Below are positions 13,686 through 23,152 of a stretch of DNA of 62,609 nt, in pieces (position 1 is the first letter of the stretch; each line of letters starts with the position of its first letter). The notes beneath the pieces are model-generated. The model saw only the letters and a program-made list of their open reading frames with translations, did not search any database and was not told where the DNA came from. Source of the DNA: Mycobacterium sp. (GTDB lineage Bacteria; Actinomycetota; Actinomycetes; Mycobacteriales; Mycobacteriaceae); the NCBI GenBank assembly GCA_049589475.1, contig JBAWAV010000538.1:1-62609 (forward strand). Direction: 5' to 3'. A program made the translations under genes and the position numbers.

Positions 13686-14378
13686 ATGGGAAGCAACCGC
13701 CGCCACACCGCCGGACTCGCCATGGGCGCACTGCTGGCGTCTCCGCTCATCTCGCTTCTCGCCAGCCCCGTCGCGAGCGCCGACGACTTGTCCACCATCG
13801 GGCCCTACACGGTCGACGGGTACACCGATACCTTCACCTACGACACCAGCACGTCGGGATTCGACAATTTCCTCACCGGGTCCTTCGACTCGTATCCGTT
13901 CGACGTCGACATCTATTCGGGCGGCCCGGGTTCGGGTGACTCAGAAGTCCTGTTCACCATTCCGCTGCTGTTCCAAGGTGGCTTTGAAGACGTCAACGGG
14001 ACGATCACGCCGATCTCCTCGGTCGACGCGGCGAACTTCGTTAGCCCCGACGTCGGCCTGGCAGACCTCGGCGGCACCCCGGCGCCCGGCGACATCGTGT
14101 CTCTGGGACCGTTCACGATCGGCGGATACGCGGACACGTTGAGCATCAACTCCAACACGTTCGCGATCGACAACTTTGTCACCGGAGCATCCCACTCGTT
14201 GCCGTTCGACCTCGACTTGTTCGCGGGCGCACCGGGTTCGGATTCGTCGGAGTTCCTGCTCACGGTTCCTTCGCTGTTCCAGGTCGGCCTGGACGATGTC
14301 GCCGGCGTCATCACTCCGCTGTTCTCGTTGAACGCGGCTGACTTCATCACCCCCGATATCGGTCTCGCCGGTCTCTAA
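13686..14378 (+). CDS. secreted acidic hypothetical protein with two ~100-aa repeats
   Basis: Signal peptide ending PVASA-DD; internal duplication with 306-nt period; AGGGGA upstream. Confidence 0.8.
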   Translation: MGSNRRHTAGLAMGALLASPLISLLASPVASADDLSTIGPYTVDGYTDTFTYDTSTSGFDNFLTGSFDSYPFDVDIYSGGPGSGDSEVLFTIPLLFQGGFEDVNGTITPISSVDAANFVSPDVGLADLGGTPAPGDIVSLGPFTIGGYADTLSINSNTFAIDNFVTGASHSLPFDLDLFAGAPGSDSSEFLLTVPSLFQVGLDDVAGVITPLFSLNAADFITPDIGLAGL

Positions 14379-14431
14379 CCGGCGGCTTCCCGCGTGGTCC
14401 ATGATTGGACACAATCGCGGGAGGAAAGCAG

Positions 14432-15949
14432 TTGGCCGAGTTCGTCGCTTCGATCGACCAGGGCACCACCAGTACCCGATGCATGGTTTTCGACCACTCC
14501 GGCAGCGAGGTGGGCCGCCACCAGCTGGAGCACGAGCAGATCATGCCGCAAGCGGGCTGGGTCGAGCACAACCCGATCGAGATCTGGGAGCGCACCACCG
14601 CGGTGCTGATGTCCGCGCTGAACGCGACCGACCTGTCATCGAAAGATGTTGCCGCACTGGGGATTACCAACCAGCGAGAGACGACCCTGGTGTGGGACCG
14701 CCGCACCGGCCGGCCGTACTACAACGCGATCGTCTGGCAGGACACCCGCACCGACCGTATCGCGACGGCGCTGGACCGGGACGGCCGCGGCGAGGTGATC
14801 CGGAACAAAGCGGGCCTGCCGCCGGCGACGTATTTCTCCGGCGGGAAACTGCAATGGATTCTGGACAACGTCGACGGGGTGCGTGCCGCCGCCGAGCGTG
14901 GCGACGCCGTGTTCGGCACCGCTGACACCTGGCTGCTGTGGAATCTGACCGGCGGCCCGCGCGGCGGAGTGCACATCACCGACGTCACCAACGCCAGCCG
15001 GACCATGCTGATGGATCTGGAAACCTTGGACTGGGACGACGAACTGTTGTCGTTCTTCGGTATCCCCCGGAAGATGCTGCCGTCCATCGCGGCGTCGTCG
15101 CCGACGCAGCCCTACGGCGTCACGACGCAGGCCGGACCGCTGGGCGGCGAGGTGCCGATCACCGGGATCCTCGGCGACCAGCATGCGGCCATGGTCGGCC
15201 AAGTCTGCCTGAGTCCCGGCGAGGCCAAGAATACTTATGGCACAGGCAATTTCCTGCTGCTGAACACCGGCGAGCAGATCGTCAAGTCGCGCAACGGCCT
15301 GCTGACCACGGTTTGCTACCAGTTCGGCGACGCCAAACCGGTGTACGCCCTCGAAGGTTCGATCGCCGTCACGGGTTCTGCGGTGCAATGGCTGCGCGAC
15401 CAGCTCGGCATCATCAGCGGGGCGGCGCAGAGCGAAGCACTGGCCCGCCAGGTCGACGACAACGGCGGGGTGTACTTCGTCCCGGCGTTCTCGGGCTTGT
15501 TTGCGCCGTATTGGCGTTCGGACGCGCGCGGCGCGATCGTCGGGCTGTCGCGGTACAACACCAATGCCCATCTGGCGCGGGCGACATTGGAGTCCATCTG
15601 CTATCAGAGCCGTGATGTGGTCGACGCGATGCAGGCCGATTCGGGCGTGCGCCTCGAAGTGCTCAAGGTCGACGGTGGGATCACCGCCAACGACTTGTGT
15701 ATGCAGATCCAGGCGGACGTGCTGGGTGTCGACGTGGTGCGACCGGTGGTAGCCGAGACGACGGCACTGGGTGCGGCCTACGCCGCGGGCCTGGCGGTCG
15801 GCTTCTGGTCCGGCCCGGACGAGTTGCGGGCCAACTGGCGAGAAGGCAGGCGGTGGACGCCGCGGTGGAGCGACGACGAACGCACGAGCGGATATGCGGG
15901 GTGGCGAAAAGCGGTGCAGCGCACACTGGATTGGGTCGACGTGTCCTGA
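14432..15949 (+). CDS. glpK: glycerol kinase
   Basis: [39 protein letters not shown] start after GGAGG. Confidence 0.97.
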   Translation: MAEFVASIDQGTTSTRCMVFDHSGSEVGRHQLEHEQIMPQAGWVEHNPIEIWERTTAVLMSALNATDLSSKDVAALGITNQRETTLVWDRRTGRPYYNAIVWQDTRTDRIATALDRDGRGEVIRNKAGLPPATYFSGGKLQWILDNVDGVRAAAERGDAVFGTADTWLLWNLTGGPRGGVHITDVTNASRTMLMDLETLDWDDELLSFFGIPRKMLPSIAASSPTQPYGVTTQAGPLGGEVPITGILGDQHAAMVGQVCLSPGEAKNTYGTGNFLLLNTGEQIVKSRNGLLTTVCYQFGDAKPVYALEGSIAVTGSAVQWLRDQLGIISGAAQSEALARQVDDNGGVYFVPAFSGLFAPYWRSDARGAIVGLSRYNTNAHLARATLESICYQSRDVVDAMQADSGVRLEVLKVDGGITANDLCMQIQADVLGVDVVRPVVAETTALGAAYAAGLAVGFWSGPDELRANWREGRRWTPRWSDDERTSGYAGWRKAVQRTLDWVDVS

Positions 15950-15957
15950 CGCAGACA

Positions 15958-15985
15958 ATGGGGGCCGGCGCGTGCCGGCCCCCAT
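15958..15985. terminator. hairpin between convergent glpK and PadR genes
   Basis: atgggggccggc-gcgt-gccggcccccat perfect 12-bp stem. Confidence 0.75.
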
Positions 15986-16000
15986 CGCTGAAGGGTTCGA

Positions 16001-16750
16001 TCAGTCGTCTTCGCCCAGGATCGTGTAGATCTCGCGGCGCGCATTGTTGACGATGTCAAGAATGCGCTGTTGCTGCTCGGTGCTGGCGGCGTGAGCGGAC
16101 TGCGCCACCGCGCCGAACAGCTGGCCGACAGCGGCGCGCAGGTTCATCTGCGCGGGGTCGGCGCCGTCGGTGATCTCGTCCCACGGCGGGGTCTCGACCT
16201 TCTCCGCGGCTTCCTTGCCGGCGTCGGTCAACTCGAAGAGCTTTTTGCTGCCTTCGGTCTCCGTTCCGACGATCAGTCCCTCGTCGACCAGCAGCTGCAG
16301 GGTCGGGTAGACCGAGCCGGGGCTGGGCTTCCACAGGTCCTGGCTGCGCTCGGCAACCTGCTGGATGATCTCGTAACCGTGCATCGGCCGCTCGGCGAGC
16401 AGCACCAGGATGGCCGCGCGGACATCGCCGCGGCGACCGCGCCGGCTGTGACCGCCGCGGCGTCCACCGCGCGGTCCGGGCCCGAAGCCGGGCCCGAAAC
16501 CGAAGCCAGGACCGATGCCGCCGGGGCCGAAGCCCTTACCGAAGCGGGGGCCGAAACCGGGCCCGAATGGCCCGTCATGGCCGGCATCGTGGCCGCGGAC
16601 GTGGTCGCGGAATTCGCGGCGGGCTTGCCGGCGCTGTTCGCGCAGTGCGTGCCGCTCATGAGGACCGAAGCCGAAGTTCGCGGGTCCGTGCCCGCCGGCG
16701 AATGGCCCCCCCACATGGGGCCTGCCTGTTTCAAAGAATGGGGTGTTCAT
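16001..16750 (-). CDS. PadR-family transcriptional regulator with Gly/Phe/Pro-rich N-terminus
   Basis: RGDVRAAILVLLAERPMHGYEII, PSPGSVYPTLQLL. Confidence 0.92.
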   Translation of the reverse strand: MNTPFFETGRPHVGGPFAGGHGPANFGFGPHERHALREQRRQARREFRDHVRGHDAGHDGPFGPGFGPRFGKGFGPGGIGPGFGFGPGFGPGPRGGRRGGHSRRGRRGDVRAAILVLLAERPMHGYEIIQQVAERSQDLWKPSPGSVYPTLQLLVDEGLIVGTETEGSKKLFELTDAGKEAAEKVETPPWDEITDGADPAQMNLRAAVGQLFGAVAQSAHAASTEQQQRILDIVNNARREIYTILGEDD

Positions 16751-16803
16751 AGCTTGTTCTCGTTTCTGGAAAGGCAACACCGTGTGCGTTACCGATACTC
16801 TGA

Positions 16804-16813
16804 CGATATATCG
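16804..16813. promoter_or_regulatory. palindrome CGATATATCG, putative PadR operator
   Basis: Perfect 10-bp AT-centred palindrome ~54 bp upstream of the PadR start. Confidence 0.5.
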
Positions 16814-16887
16814 GAACCTATCGTTGTGCAAGGCCGAATGTGGGCGGTGGGGGTTGACCGCCGCGGGGAGTGGGTAGCAATCCACTG

Positions 16888-17286
16888 ATGAGCCAGGAAA
16901 AAGGTGACGTGAAAATAGGCGACGCGACGTTCGTGCACCACGCGGAGTCAGCCATGCCCGGCAACCCTGATCGCAGCAGACGATTCCGGTTGTGGGCGAA
17001 CTGGACGCTGGCCCTGCTCACGGTCGTCGGTGCGGGAATCGTCATGGCGGTGGCGCTGGGCGCCGTCATGAGCACGGCAGCGTGCAGCGACAAGCCATGC
17101 CCGAACATCGGGCCCGCCGGAATCAGCTTCGACGTGCTGTTCTACGGCGCGCCGGTGCTGGCCGCCCTGACGGTCATCGTCTCGTTCTTCACGGCGAAAC
17201 GCCGATGGGGTTTCGTCATCCCGGTGTCGGCGCTGGCGTTGATGATCGCCGTCACCGCCACCATCGCCGTCACCGTTGCGCAATAG
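16888..17286 (+). CDS. hypothetical membrane protein (about 3 TM)
   Basis: Hydrophobic segments with CSDKPC loop; start may instead be ATG 16954. Confidence 0.75.
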   Translation: MSQEKGDVKIGDATFVHHAESAMPGNPDRSRRFRLWANWTLALLTVVGAGIVMAVALGAVMSTAACSDKPCPNIGPAGISFDVLFYGAPVLAALTVIVSFFTAKRRWGFVIPVSALALMIAVTATIAVTVAQ

Positions 17287-18054
17287 CTAGCGGAACGGCT
17301 GAAATGCGCTGGGCCACGGCCGTGGTCGGGCGAGTGCCCGACGGTGTCGTTCGGCCAGCACCGCGGCCAGCGCGAGTTGCGGCGGGGTTCCCGGCGGCGG
17401 TGGCGGAGCCACTCGACTGAACACGTCGCCAGCGATCCGATAGGCCATCTGCTCGCGTACCTGTGGGTCGAGTTGCCTTGCGCGCGAAAGGAACTGGCGT
17501 GCCAGCTCAGCTTGTTCGGCGCTGAGCCCAGACAGCTGCAGCGAGGCAGCCCACCAGGCCAGGTGTGGCGGCATGACCGGAGGTCGACCCGGTTTCGGTC
17601 CCCGCTCGCTGATTACCACCGTGCCGGCGAAGATGTCGCCGAGCCGTTGGGCTTTCGGCGAGAGCATGCTGCTGATGACGGCCGGGCTGCCCAACAACGT
17701 CCAGATCTCCACGACTGACGCCAGGGCGCGAAACAGGGCCTGGCGGAAGCGCTCCGGACCCCCGTCGTCGGACACCACGCGCAGGCCCATCGCCATCTTG
17801 CCGAGTGTCCGTCCGCGGGTCGCCGTCTCGAAAATCAGTGGGTATCCAACGAGCACGAGCACCGTGAAGATGACCATGATGGCCGAGCTCACGGCTGTGT
17901 CGAACTGGCTCAGCGTGGCCGCCCACAACACCAACGAGATCAGGTAGCCGACCAGGATGACGGCGATGTCGATCAGGGCACTCACGGCGCGGACCGGCAG
18001 CTGGGCGATCCGCACGTCCAGTACCACGGCGTCCCCGGTCACCACCTCCGACAT
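17287..18054 (-). CDS. RDD-family membrane protein (Rv3695-like)
   Basis: RAVSALID, GRTLGKMAMGLRVV, QRLGDIFAGTVVI. Confidence 0.92.
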   Translation of the reverse strand: MSEVVTGDAVVLDVRIAQLPVRAVSALIDIAVILVGYLISLVLWAATLSQFDTAVSSAIMVIFTVLVLVGYPLIFETATRGRTLGKMAMGLRVVSDDGGPERFRQALFRALASVVEIWTLLGSPAVISSMLSPKAQRLGDIFAGTVVISERGPKPGRPPVMPPHLAWWAASLQLSGLSAEQAELARQFLSRARQLDPQVREQMAYRIAGDVFSRVAPPPPPGTPPQLALAAVLAERHRRALARPRPWPSAFQPFR

Positions 18055-18086
18055 AGTGCGAACGCTACCCGGCTAGCCTTGCGGGG

Positions 18087-19079
18087 GTGGATGTCGACGC
18101 GTTCGTGCTCACCCACCGCGACACCTGGGATCGCCTCGATCAATTGGTGAAAAATCGGCGTCGGCTGACCGGCGCCGAAGTCGATGAACTCGTCGATCTC
18201 TACCAGCGGGTGTCGACGCACCTGTCGATGTTGCGCTCCGGGTCCTCTGATTCCGCGCTGGTCGGCAGGCTGTCGAGTTTGGTCGCGCGGGCCCGAGCCG
18301 CGGTCACCGGTGCCCACGCGCCGCTGTCCCGGGAGTTCATCCGGTTCTGGACGGTGTCCTTCCCGGTGGTGGCCTATCGGGCCGGGCGGTGGTGGCTGGC
18401 GACGACGCTGGTGTTCTTCGCCGTCACGGCCGCCATCACGATTTGGGTCATCGGCAGCCCGGAAGTGCAGTCCACCATCGGAACACCAAGCGAGATCAGC
18501 GAATTGGTCAACCACGACTTCGCGTCGTATTACAGCGAGCACTCTGCGGCCGCGTTCGGGCTGCATGTGTGGGTGAACAACTCCTGGGTGGCCGCCAAGT
18601 GCATCGCCTTCTCCGTCCTACTGGGTATCCCGATTCCGTTCGTGCTGTTCGCGAATGCCGCCAACCTCGGTGTGGTGTCCGGTCTGATGCTTTCGGCCGG
18701 CAAGGGTGATGTCCTGCTGGGCCTGCTGATTCCGCACGGCCTACTGGAGATGACGGCGGTGTTCTTGGCGGGTGCCGTCGGGATGCGTTTGGGCTGGTCG
18801 GTGATCGCACCGGGTGACCGCCCCCGCGGGCAGGTGCTCGCCGAGCAGGGTCGCGCCGTGGTCTCGGTCGCGGTCGGCTTGACGATGGTCTTGCTGGTCT
18901 CGGGTGCCATCGAGGCATTCGTCACGCCGTCGCCGCTGCCCACAGTTGTGCGGATCGGCATCGGAATACTCGCTGAGGCAAGCTTCTTGGCCTACGTCGG
19001 GCACTTCGGCCGTCGTGCCGTCCGGGCCGGCGACACCGGCGACATCGCCGACGCGCCCGACGTCGTGCCGACCCGGTGA
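18087..19079 (+). CDS. SpoIIM-family membrane protein (Rv3694c-like)
   Basis: MDVDAFV, WVNN, IPHGLLEMTA, IEAFVTP. Confidence 0.92.
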   Translation: MDVDAFVLTHRDTWDRLDQLVKNRRRLTGAEVDELVDLYQRVSTHLSMLRSGSSDSALVGRLSSLVARARAAVTGAHAPLSREFIRFWTVSFPVVAYRAGRWWLATTLVFFAVTAAITIWVIGSPEVQSTIGTPSEISELVNHDFASYYSEHSAAAFGLHVWVNNSWVAAKCIAFSVLLGIPIPFVLFANAANLGVVSGLMLSAGKGDVLLGLLIPHGLLEMTAVFLAGAVGMRLGWSVIAPGDRPRGQVLAEQGRAVVSVAVGLTMVLLVSGAIEAFVTPSPLPTVVRIGIGILAEASFLAYVGHFGRRAVRAGDTGDIADAPDVVPTR

Positions 19080-19080
19080 G

Positions 19081-20403
19081 CTACAGCCGCCCGGTGGCTT
19101 TCATCGCCAGGTAGCGATCGGCCAAAGCCGGCGCGAGCTCGGTGGGCGGAGCATCGATCACCTCGACGCCACTGTGGCGCAGCCGGGAAGCGATGGACGA
19201 CCGGTCGTTTCGGGATCGCTCGGCTGCCGCCGCGTCGTACACCGCGGCCGCATCGGACCGGCCCGAGGCTAACTGGTCAACCCGTGGGTCGGTGACTGCG
19301 GCGACCAACACCCGGTGCTTGGCCGCAAGTTGGGGCAGCACGGGCAGCAGGCCCTCGTCGAGTGCGCTCGCGTTCAGGTCGGTCATCAGCACCACCAGCG
19401 CTCGGCGCCGCGTCCTCCGAAGAACGGCGGAAATCATTGCCGTTGAATCGGATTCGACGAGCGAGGGCGTCAGCGGCGCCATCGCCTCCACCAGCCGGTT
19501 CAGCAATTCGGTGCGGGACGCGCCGAATACGCCGGCCCGGGTGACGCGGTCGTGGGCGAGGAAGTCGACGTGATCACCTGCCCTCGACGCCAGCGCAGCC
19601 AGCAGCAGGGCGGCATCCATCGACCAGTCCAGCCGCGGCCAACCGCCCGGGTCGCTGATCGTCGGGTCCACCCCGACCCGTCCGGCGGCCGTGCGCCCGG
19701 TGTCGAGGACGATGACGACCCGCCGGTCGCGTTCCGGCCGCCACGTCCGGACCACCACGTCGGATCGCCGGGCGGTCGCGCGCCAGTCGATCGAACGGAC
19801 GTCGTCACCGACCACGTACTCCCGCAGCGAGTCGAATTCGGTGCCCTGGCCTCGTGTCAATGTCGGCGATATACCGTCGATTTCGCGGAGCCGGGCCAGC
19901 CGCGACGGCAGGTGCTTGCGGGACAGGAACGGCGGCAGCACCCGCACCTGTCCGGCCACCGCGCGCGACCGCTGCCGACCCGCTAACCCGAGTGGCCCGA
20001 TCGAGCGGGCGGTGACGGCTGCGGAGCGCTGATCGCCGCGGCGGACCGGCCGCAACCAGGTGTCGACCCGTTGCACCCGCCCGGCAGCGATGTCGACGGC
20101 GTGCGCCGGCGGCTCGGCCTGTGCGCTGGGTGGCCAGGCATCGCGGACGTGTCCGCGAAAGCGGCGTCGACCGCCGTTGTGGATCAGCAGACCGAGACCG
20201 ACCGGCTCACCGAGACGAACGGAGTCGTTCGGCAACCTGTCGTACTGCAGCTGCGCGGGGCTGGCCGCCAGTCCGATGTCGACGAGCACCGCGACCGCCA
20301 GCAACGCCAGCAACATCACGAAAGACGCCCCCGGCGTGGGTGATAACGCGACCGGCAGGACGCACAACAGCGCGAGCACACCGGTGCGCCCGGTCAGCAC
20401 CAC
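19081..20403 (-). CDS. DUF58 / vWA-like protein (Rv3693-like)
   Basis: GTEFDSLREYVVGDDVRSIDWRATAR; GTG start overlaps MoxR stop. Confidence 0.92.
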   Translation of the reverse strand: MVLTGRTGVLALLCVLPVALSPTPGASFVMLLALLAVAVLVDIGLAASPAQLQYDRLPNDSVRLGEPVGLGLLIHNGGRRRFRGHVRDAWPPSAQAEPPAHAVDIAAGRVQRVDTWLRPVRRGDQRSAAVTARSIGPLGLAGRQRSRAVAGQVRVLPPFLSRKHLPSRLARLREIDGISPTLTRGQGTEFDSLREYVVGDDVRSIDWRATARRSDVVVRTWRPERDRRVVIVLDTGRTAAGRVGVDPTISDPGGWPRLDWSMDAALLLAALASRAGDHVDFLAHDRVTRAGVFGASRTELLNRLVEAMAPLTPSLVESDSTAMISAVLRRTRRRALVVLMTDLNASALDEGLLPVLPQLAAKHRVLVAAVTDPRVDQLASGRSDAAAVYDAAAAERSRNDRSSIASRLRHSGVEVIDAPPTELAPALADRYLAMKATGRL

Positions 20404-21362
20404 TAGCGTGGCACCGGAACCGACGCCAGGATGCCGTCGAGCACCGCATCTGCGGTGGCGCCCTCCAGTTCGGCTTCCGGCCGCAGCATCACCCGGTGCC
20501 GCAGCGTCGGACGGGCCATCGCTTTGACGTCGTCGGGGGTGACGTAGTTGCGGCCGGACAGCCATGACCACGCCCGCGCCGTGGCAAGCAAAGCGGTTGC
20601 GCCGCGCGGTGATACGCCGAGCTGCAGCGCAGGCGAATGCCGGGTGGCGCCGACGATGTCGACGATGTAGCCGAGCACCTCGTCGGCCACCCGCACCCGA
20701 CGCACCGCATCACGGCCCGCGGTCAACTCGGCGGATCCGGCGACCGGGCGAATCGCCGACAGGTCGCGTGGGTCGAAACCGTGCGCATGCCGGCCCAGGA
20801 TCGCGATCTCGGCGTCCCGCGGCGGCAGCGGTACCGTCAGTTTCAGCAGGAAACGGTCGAGCTGTGCTTCGGGCAACTGGTAAGTGCCCTCGTATTCGAT
20901 CGGGTTCTGCGTGGCCGCGACGATGAACGGATCAGGCAGCAACCTGGGCTCGCCGTCCACGCTCACCTGACGCTCCTCCATCGCTTCCAGTAAGGCGGCC
21001 TGGGTTTTCGGGGGAGTCCGGTTGATCTCGTCGGCCAGCAGCAGATTGGTGAACACCGGGCCGCTGCGGAAGACGAACGCGGCGGTGCGGGTGTCGTAGA
21101 CCAGCGATCCGGTGACGTCGCCGGGCATCAGGTCCGGGGTGAACTGCACACGCTTGAACTCCAGCCGCAGTGCGGCCGCCAGTGAGCGAACCAGCAGCGT
21201 CTTCGCCACGCCCGGAACGCCTTCGAGCAGTACGTGACCGCGGCACAGCAGAGCGACCACCAGGCCGGTGATCGCCGCCTCTTGGCCTACGACGGCCTTG
21301 CCGATCTCGCCCCGCAGCGCGAGGAGCGCATTGCGGGCCGACTGCTCAGTCGGATGAGTCAT
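20403..21362 (-). CDS. moxR2: MoxR-family AAA+ ATPase (Rv3692-like)
   Basis: LLEGVPGVAKT, QFTPDLMPGD, LLADEINRTPPKTQ, PEAQLDRF. Confidence 0.93.
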   Translation of the reverse strand: MTHPTEQSARNALLALRGEIGKAVVGQEAAITGLVVALLCRGHVLLEGVPGVAKTLLVRSLAAALRLEFKRVQFTPDLMPGDVTGSLVYDTRTAAFVFRSGPVFTNLLLADEINRTPPKTQAALLEAMEERQVSVDGEPRLLPDPFIVAATQNPIEYEGTYQLPEAQLDRFLLKLTVPLPPRDAEIAILGRHAHGFDPRDLSAIRPVAGSAELTAGRDAVRRVRVADEVLGYIVDIVGATRHSPALQLGVSPRGATALLATARAWSWLSGRNYVTPDDVKAMARPTLRHRVMLRPEAELEGATADAVLDGILASVPVPR

Positions 21363-22489
21363 GGATGTGCGACCTGCCTTTCGATGTCATCGAGCGCACG
21401 GGCGAGCTGTGTCAAGTCGGTATCGGTGTCCGGTGGCGGGCCGAAAAGAATGTGCTGCAGCGTATCTGGCCTCATGCCGGATCGCTGAGCGACGGCGGCC
21501 ACGACAGTATGCGTCGGTGTCTGCGCACTCAGCCCGAGCCTGGGCGATATCCGTTGCAGCGTCGCGGCCCGCAACGCCTGCGCAGCCCGGTCGCGGGCTC
21601 GGCGCGACCGGTACAGCCGCCCGCGTCCTTCGACCGTCTCCGATGCCCGAACGACGACGGGTAGCTGCTCGGCGACCAGTGGACCGATTCGACGGCCCTT
21701 CCACACCGCGACCAGCAGCACCGTCAACGCCAATTGCAGCACGACCCAGGCAACGTTGTCCGGGATCAAATCGTAAATCGTTGCCGAACTGGAGGATTGA
21801 CCTTCCAGGCGCTGCGGCGCATACCACACCAGCCGGGCATGCTGGCCCGTGAGATTCATCGCCAGCGCAGCATTGCCGGCGCGCAACAGACCCGCGTTGG
21901 TCATGAACTCGGTGCTCCCGACCACAGTCACCAGTCGTTCGCCATCCCGGTAGCGCACCAGGGCTCCGCCGTAGCAGCTGCTGACCGCTCTGTGGTCGGC
22001 AGCGCGAAAAGTGTTGGACGGTCCGAAATCCACCGATCCCGCCTGATTCGCTTCGCGCAACGTGCAGTCCGGGTCGGTGTCCTGCACGCTCGTGTCGGCA
22101 TTGTGGATACCCGGGGCGAGCGTAGCCCGGGCATGTGCCGTCGGTTCCACCAGAAGCAGATCACCGGGGCTGTCGGCCAGCCGTTCGAGCAGAGACTGGT
22201 CGGTGACGCGCTGGATCTGTGCGAACAGCAGCAGCGCGCCTGGGCGTGCGGCGCTCTGCACGTCGTCGAGGTTGTGGGCGACGACGACGGTGACGCCGCG
22301 ATCCCGCAGCAACTCCACCAACGCGTGCGCGCCCTGCGGGCCGGTGGAATCGGGATCCATCTGTCCGCCTGCGCGCGGCGCGGTGAGGTAGGTGCCGACC
22401 GCGGCGACGATGCAGATAGCGATCAGCGCAAGCGCTATCGACAGCCATGGTCGTCTCCGCACCGCGCCGGGCGCGCCTGCGACCGTCAT
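21359..22489 (-). CDS. DUF4350-domain membrane protein (Rv3691-like)
   Basis: GAHALVELL, GNAALA, VAEQLPVVVRASETVEG. Confidence 0.88.
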   Translation of the reverse strand: MTVAGAPGAVRRRPWLSIALALIAICIVAAVGTYLTAPRAGGQMDPDSTGPQGAHALVELLRDRGVTVVVAHNLDDVQSAARPGALLLFAQIQRVTDQSLLERLADSPGDLLLVEPTAHARATLAPGIHNADTSVQDTDPDCTLREANQAGSVDFGPSNTFRAADHRAVSSCYGGALVRYRDGERLVTVVGSTEFMTNAGLLRAGNAALAMNLTGQHARLVWYAPQRLEGQSSSSATIYDLIPDNVAWVVLQLALTVLLVAVWKGRRIGPLVAEQLPVVVRASETVEGRGRLYRSRRARDRAAQALRAATLQRISPRLGLSAQTPTHTVVAAVAQRSGMRPDTLQHILFGPPPDTDTDLTQLARALDDIERQVAHP

Positions 22490-23139
22490 CGAACCGGGGC
22501 CCACGAGTCGACTGTGGGTTGCCGGACCGGCCCGAATTGACCCGGCACAGAACGGAACCGCAGATGGTCGTCGAGATCGGCGATCATCTGGTAGGCCTCA
22601 GGCGTTCCTGGGCTTTCGCCGTAGGTCACGTCGTTGAACGCGTTGGCCGCTCTGACCAATTCGGGGCCCAGCTGCGGCAGGTGTTCGGCGGCGTCGCGGG
22701 CCAGCTCGTTGGCGGTCCGGCCGGGCGCGGGGCCCAAGGTGCCACCCTCCTCGAGGGCACGGGCTACCGCGCGCAGCCGGTGGCGGATCGCGGCGGTCCA
22801 ATTGCCTTCGTTGGCACAGCGTTCCGCGATGGCACGATGTTGGGCGGCGCTGAGTAGACCGGCATCGAACAGCAGATAGTCGCCGTCATGGCGGGTGCGG
22901 ATGGTGCGTCGCACGATGCGGACCGCGACGACGACCGCGACGACCAGCAGGGTCAGCAGCACACCGGCGGTGAACCAACCACCCGGAAGCGATGCACCTT
23001 GTTCCACAATGCGGTACAGCAGCTCATGAAACCACTCTTGGATGCGTTGGGGGATAGAATCTTTGGGATAGATCGGCTTGTCGAGTTCACGCTGTGCGGC
23101 GTGGTGCGCGGTGTCGCGGTCGACATCGATGGCGGGCAT
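22486..23139 (-). CDS. DUF4129-domain protein (Rv3690-like)
   Basis: AIRHRLRA, PGRTANE, FNDVTYG. Confidence 0.88.
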   Translation of the reverse strand: MPAIDVDRDTAHHAAQRELDKPIYPKDSIPQRIQEWFHELLYRIVEQGASLPGGWFTAGVLLTLLVVAVVVAVRIVRRTIRTRHDGDYLLFDAGLLSAAQHRAIAERCANEGNWTAAIRHRLRAVARALEEGGTLGPAPGRTANELARDAAEHLPQLGPELVRAANAFNDVTYGESPGTPEAYQMIADLDDHLRFRSVPGQFGPVRQPTVDSWAPVR

Positions 23140-23152
23140 CCGTGACGTGTTC

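Noticed and set aside
16455..16575. Repeated ccgaa(g/a)cc motifs
   Set aside because: In-frame GFGP codon repeats inside the PadR gene; no repeat-spacer structure, not CRISPR
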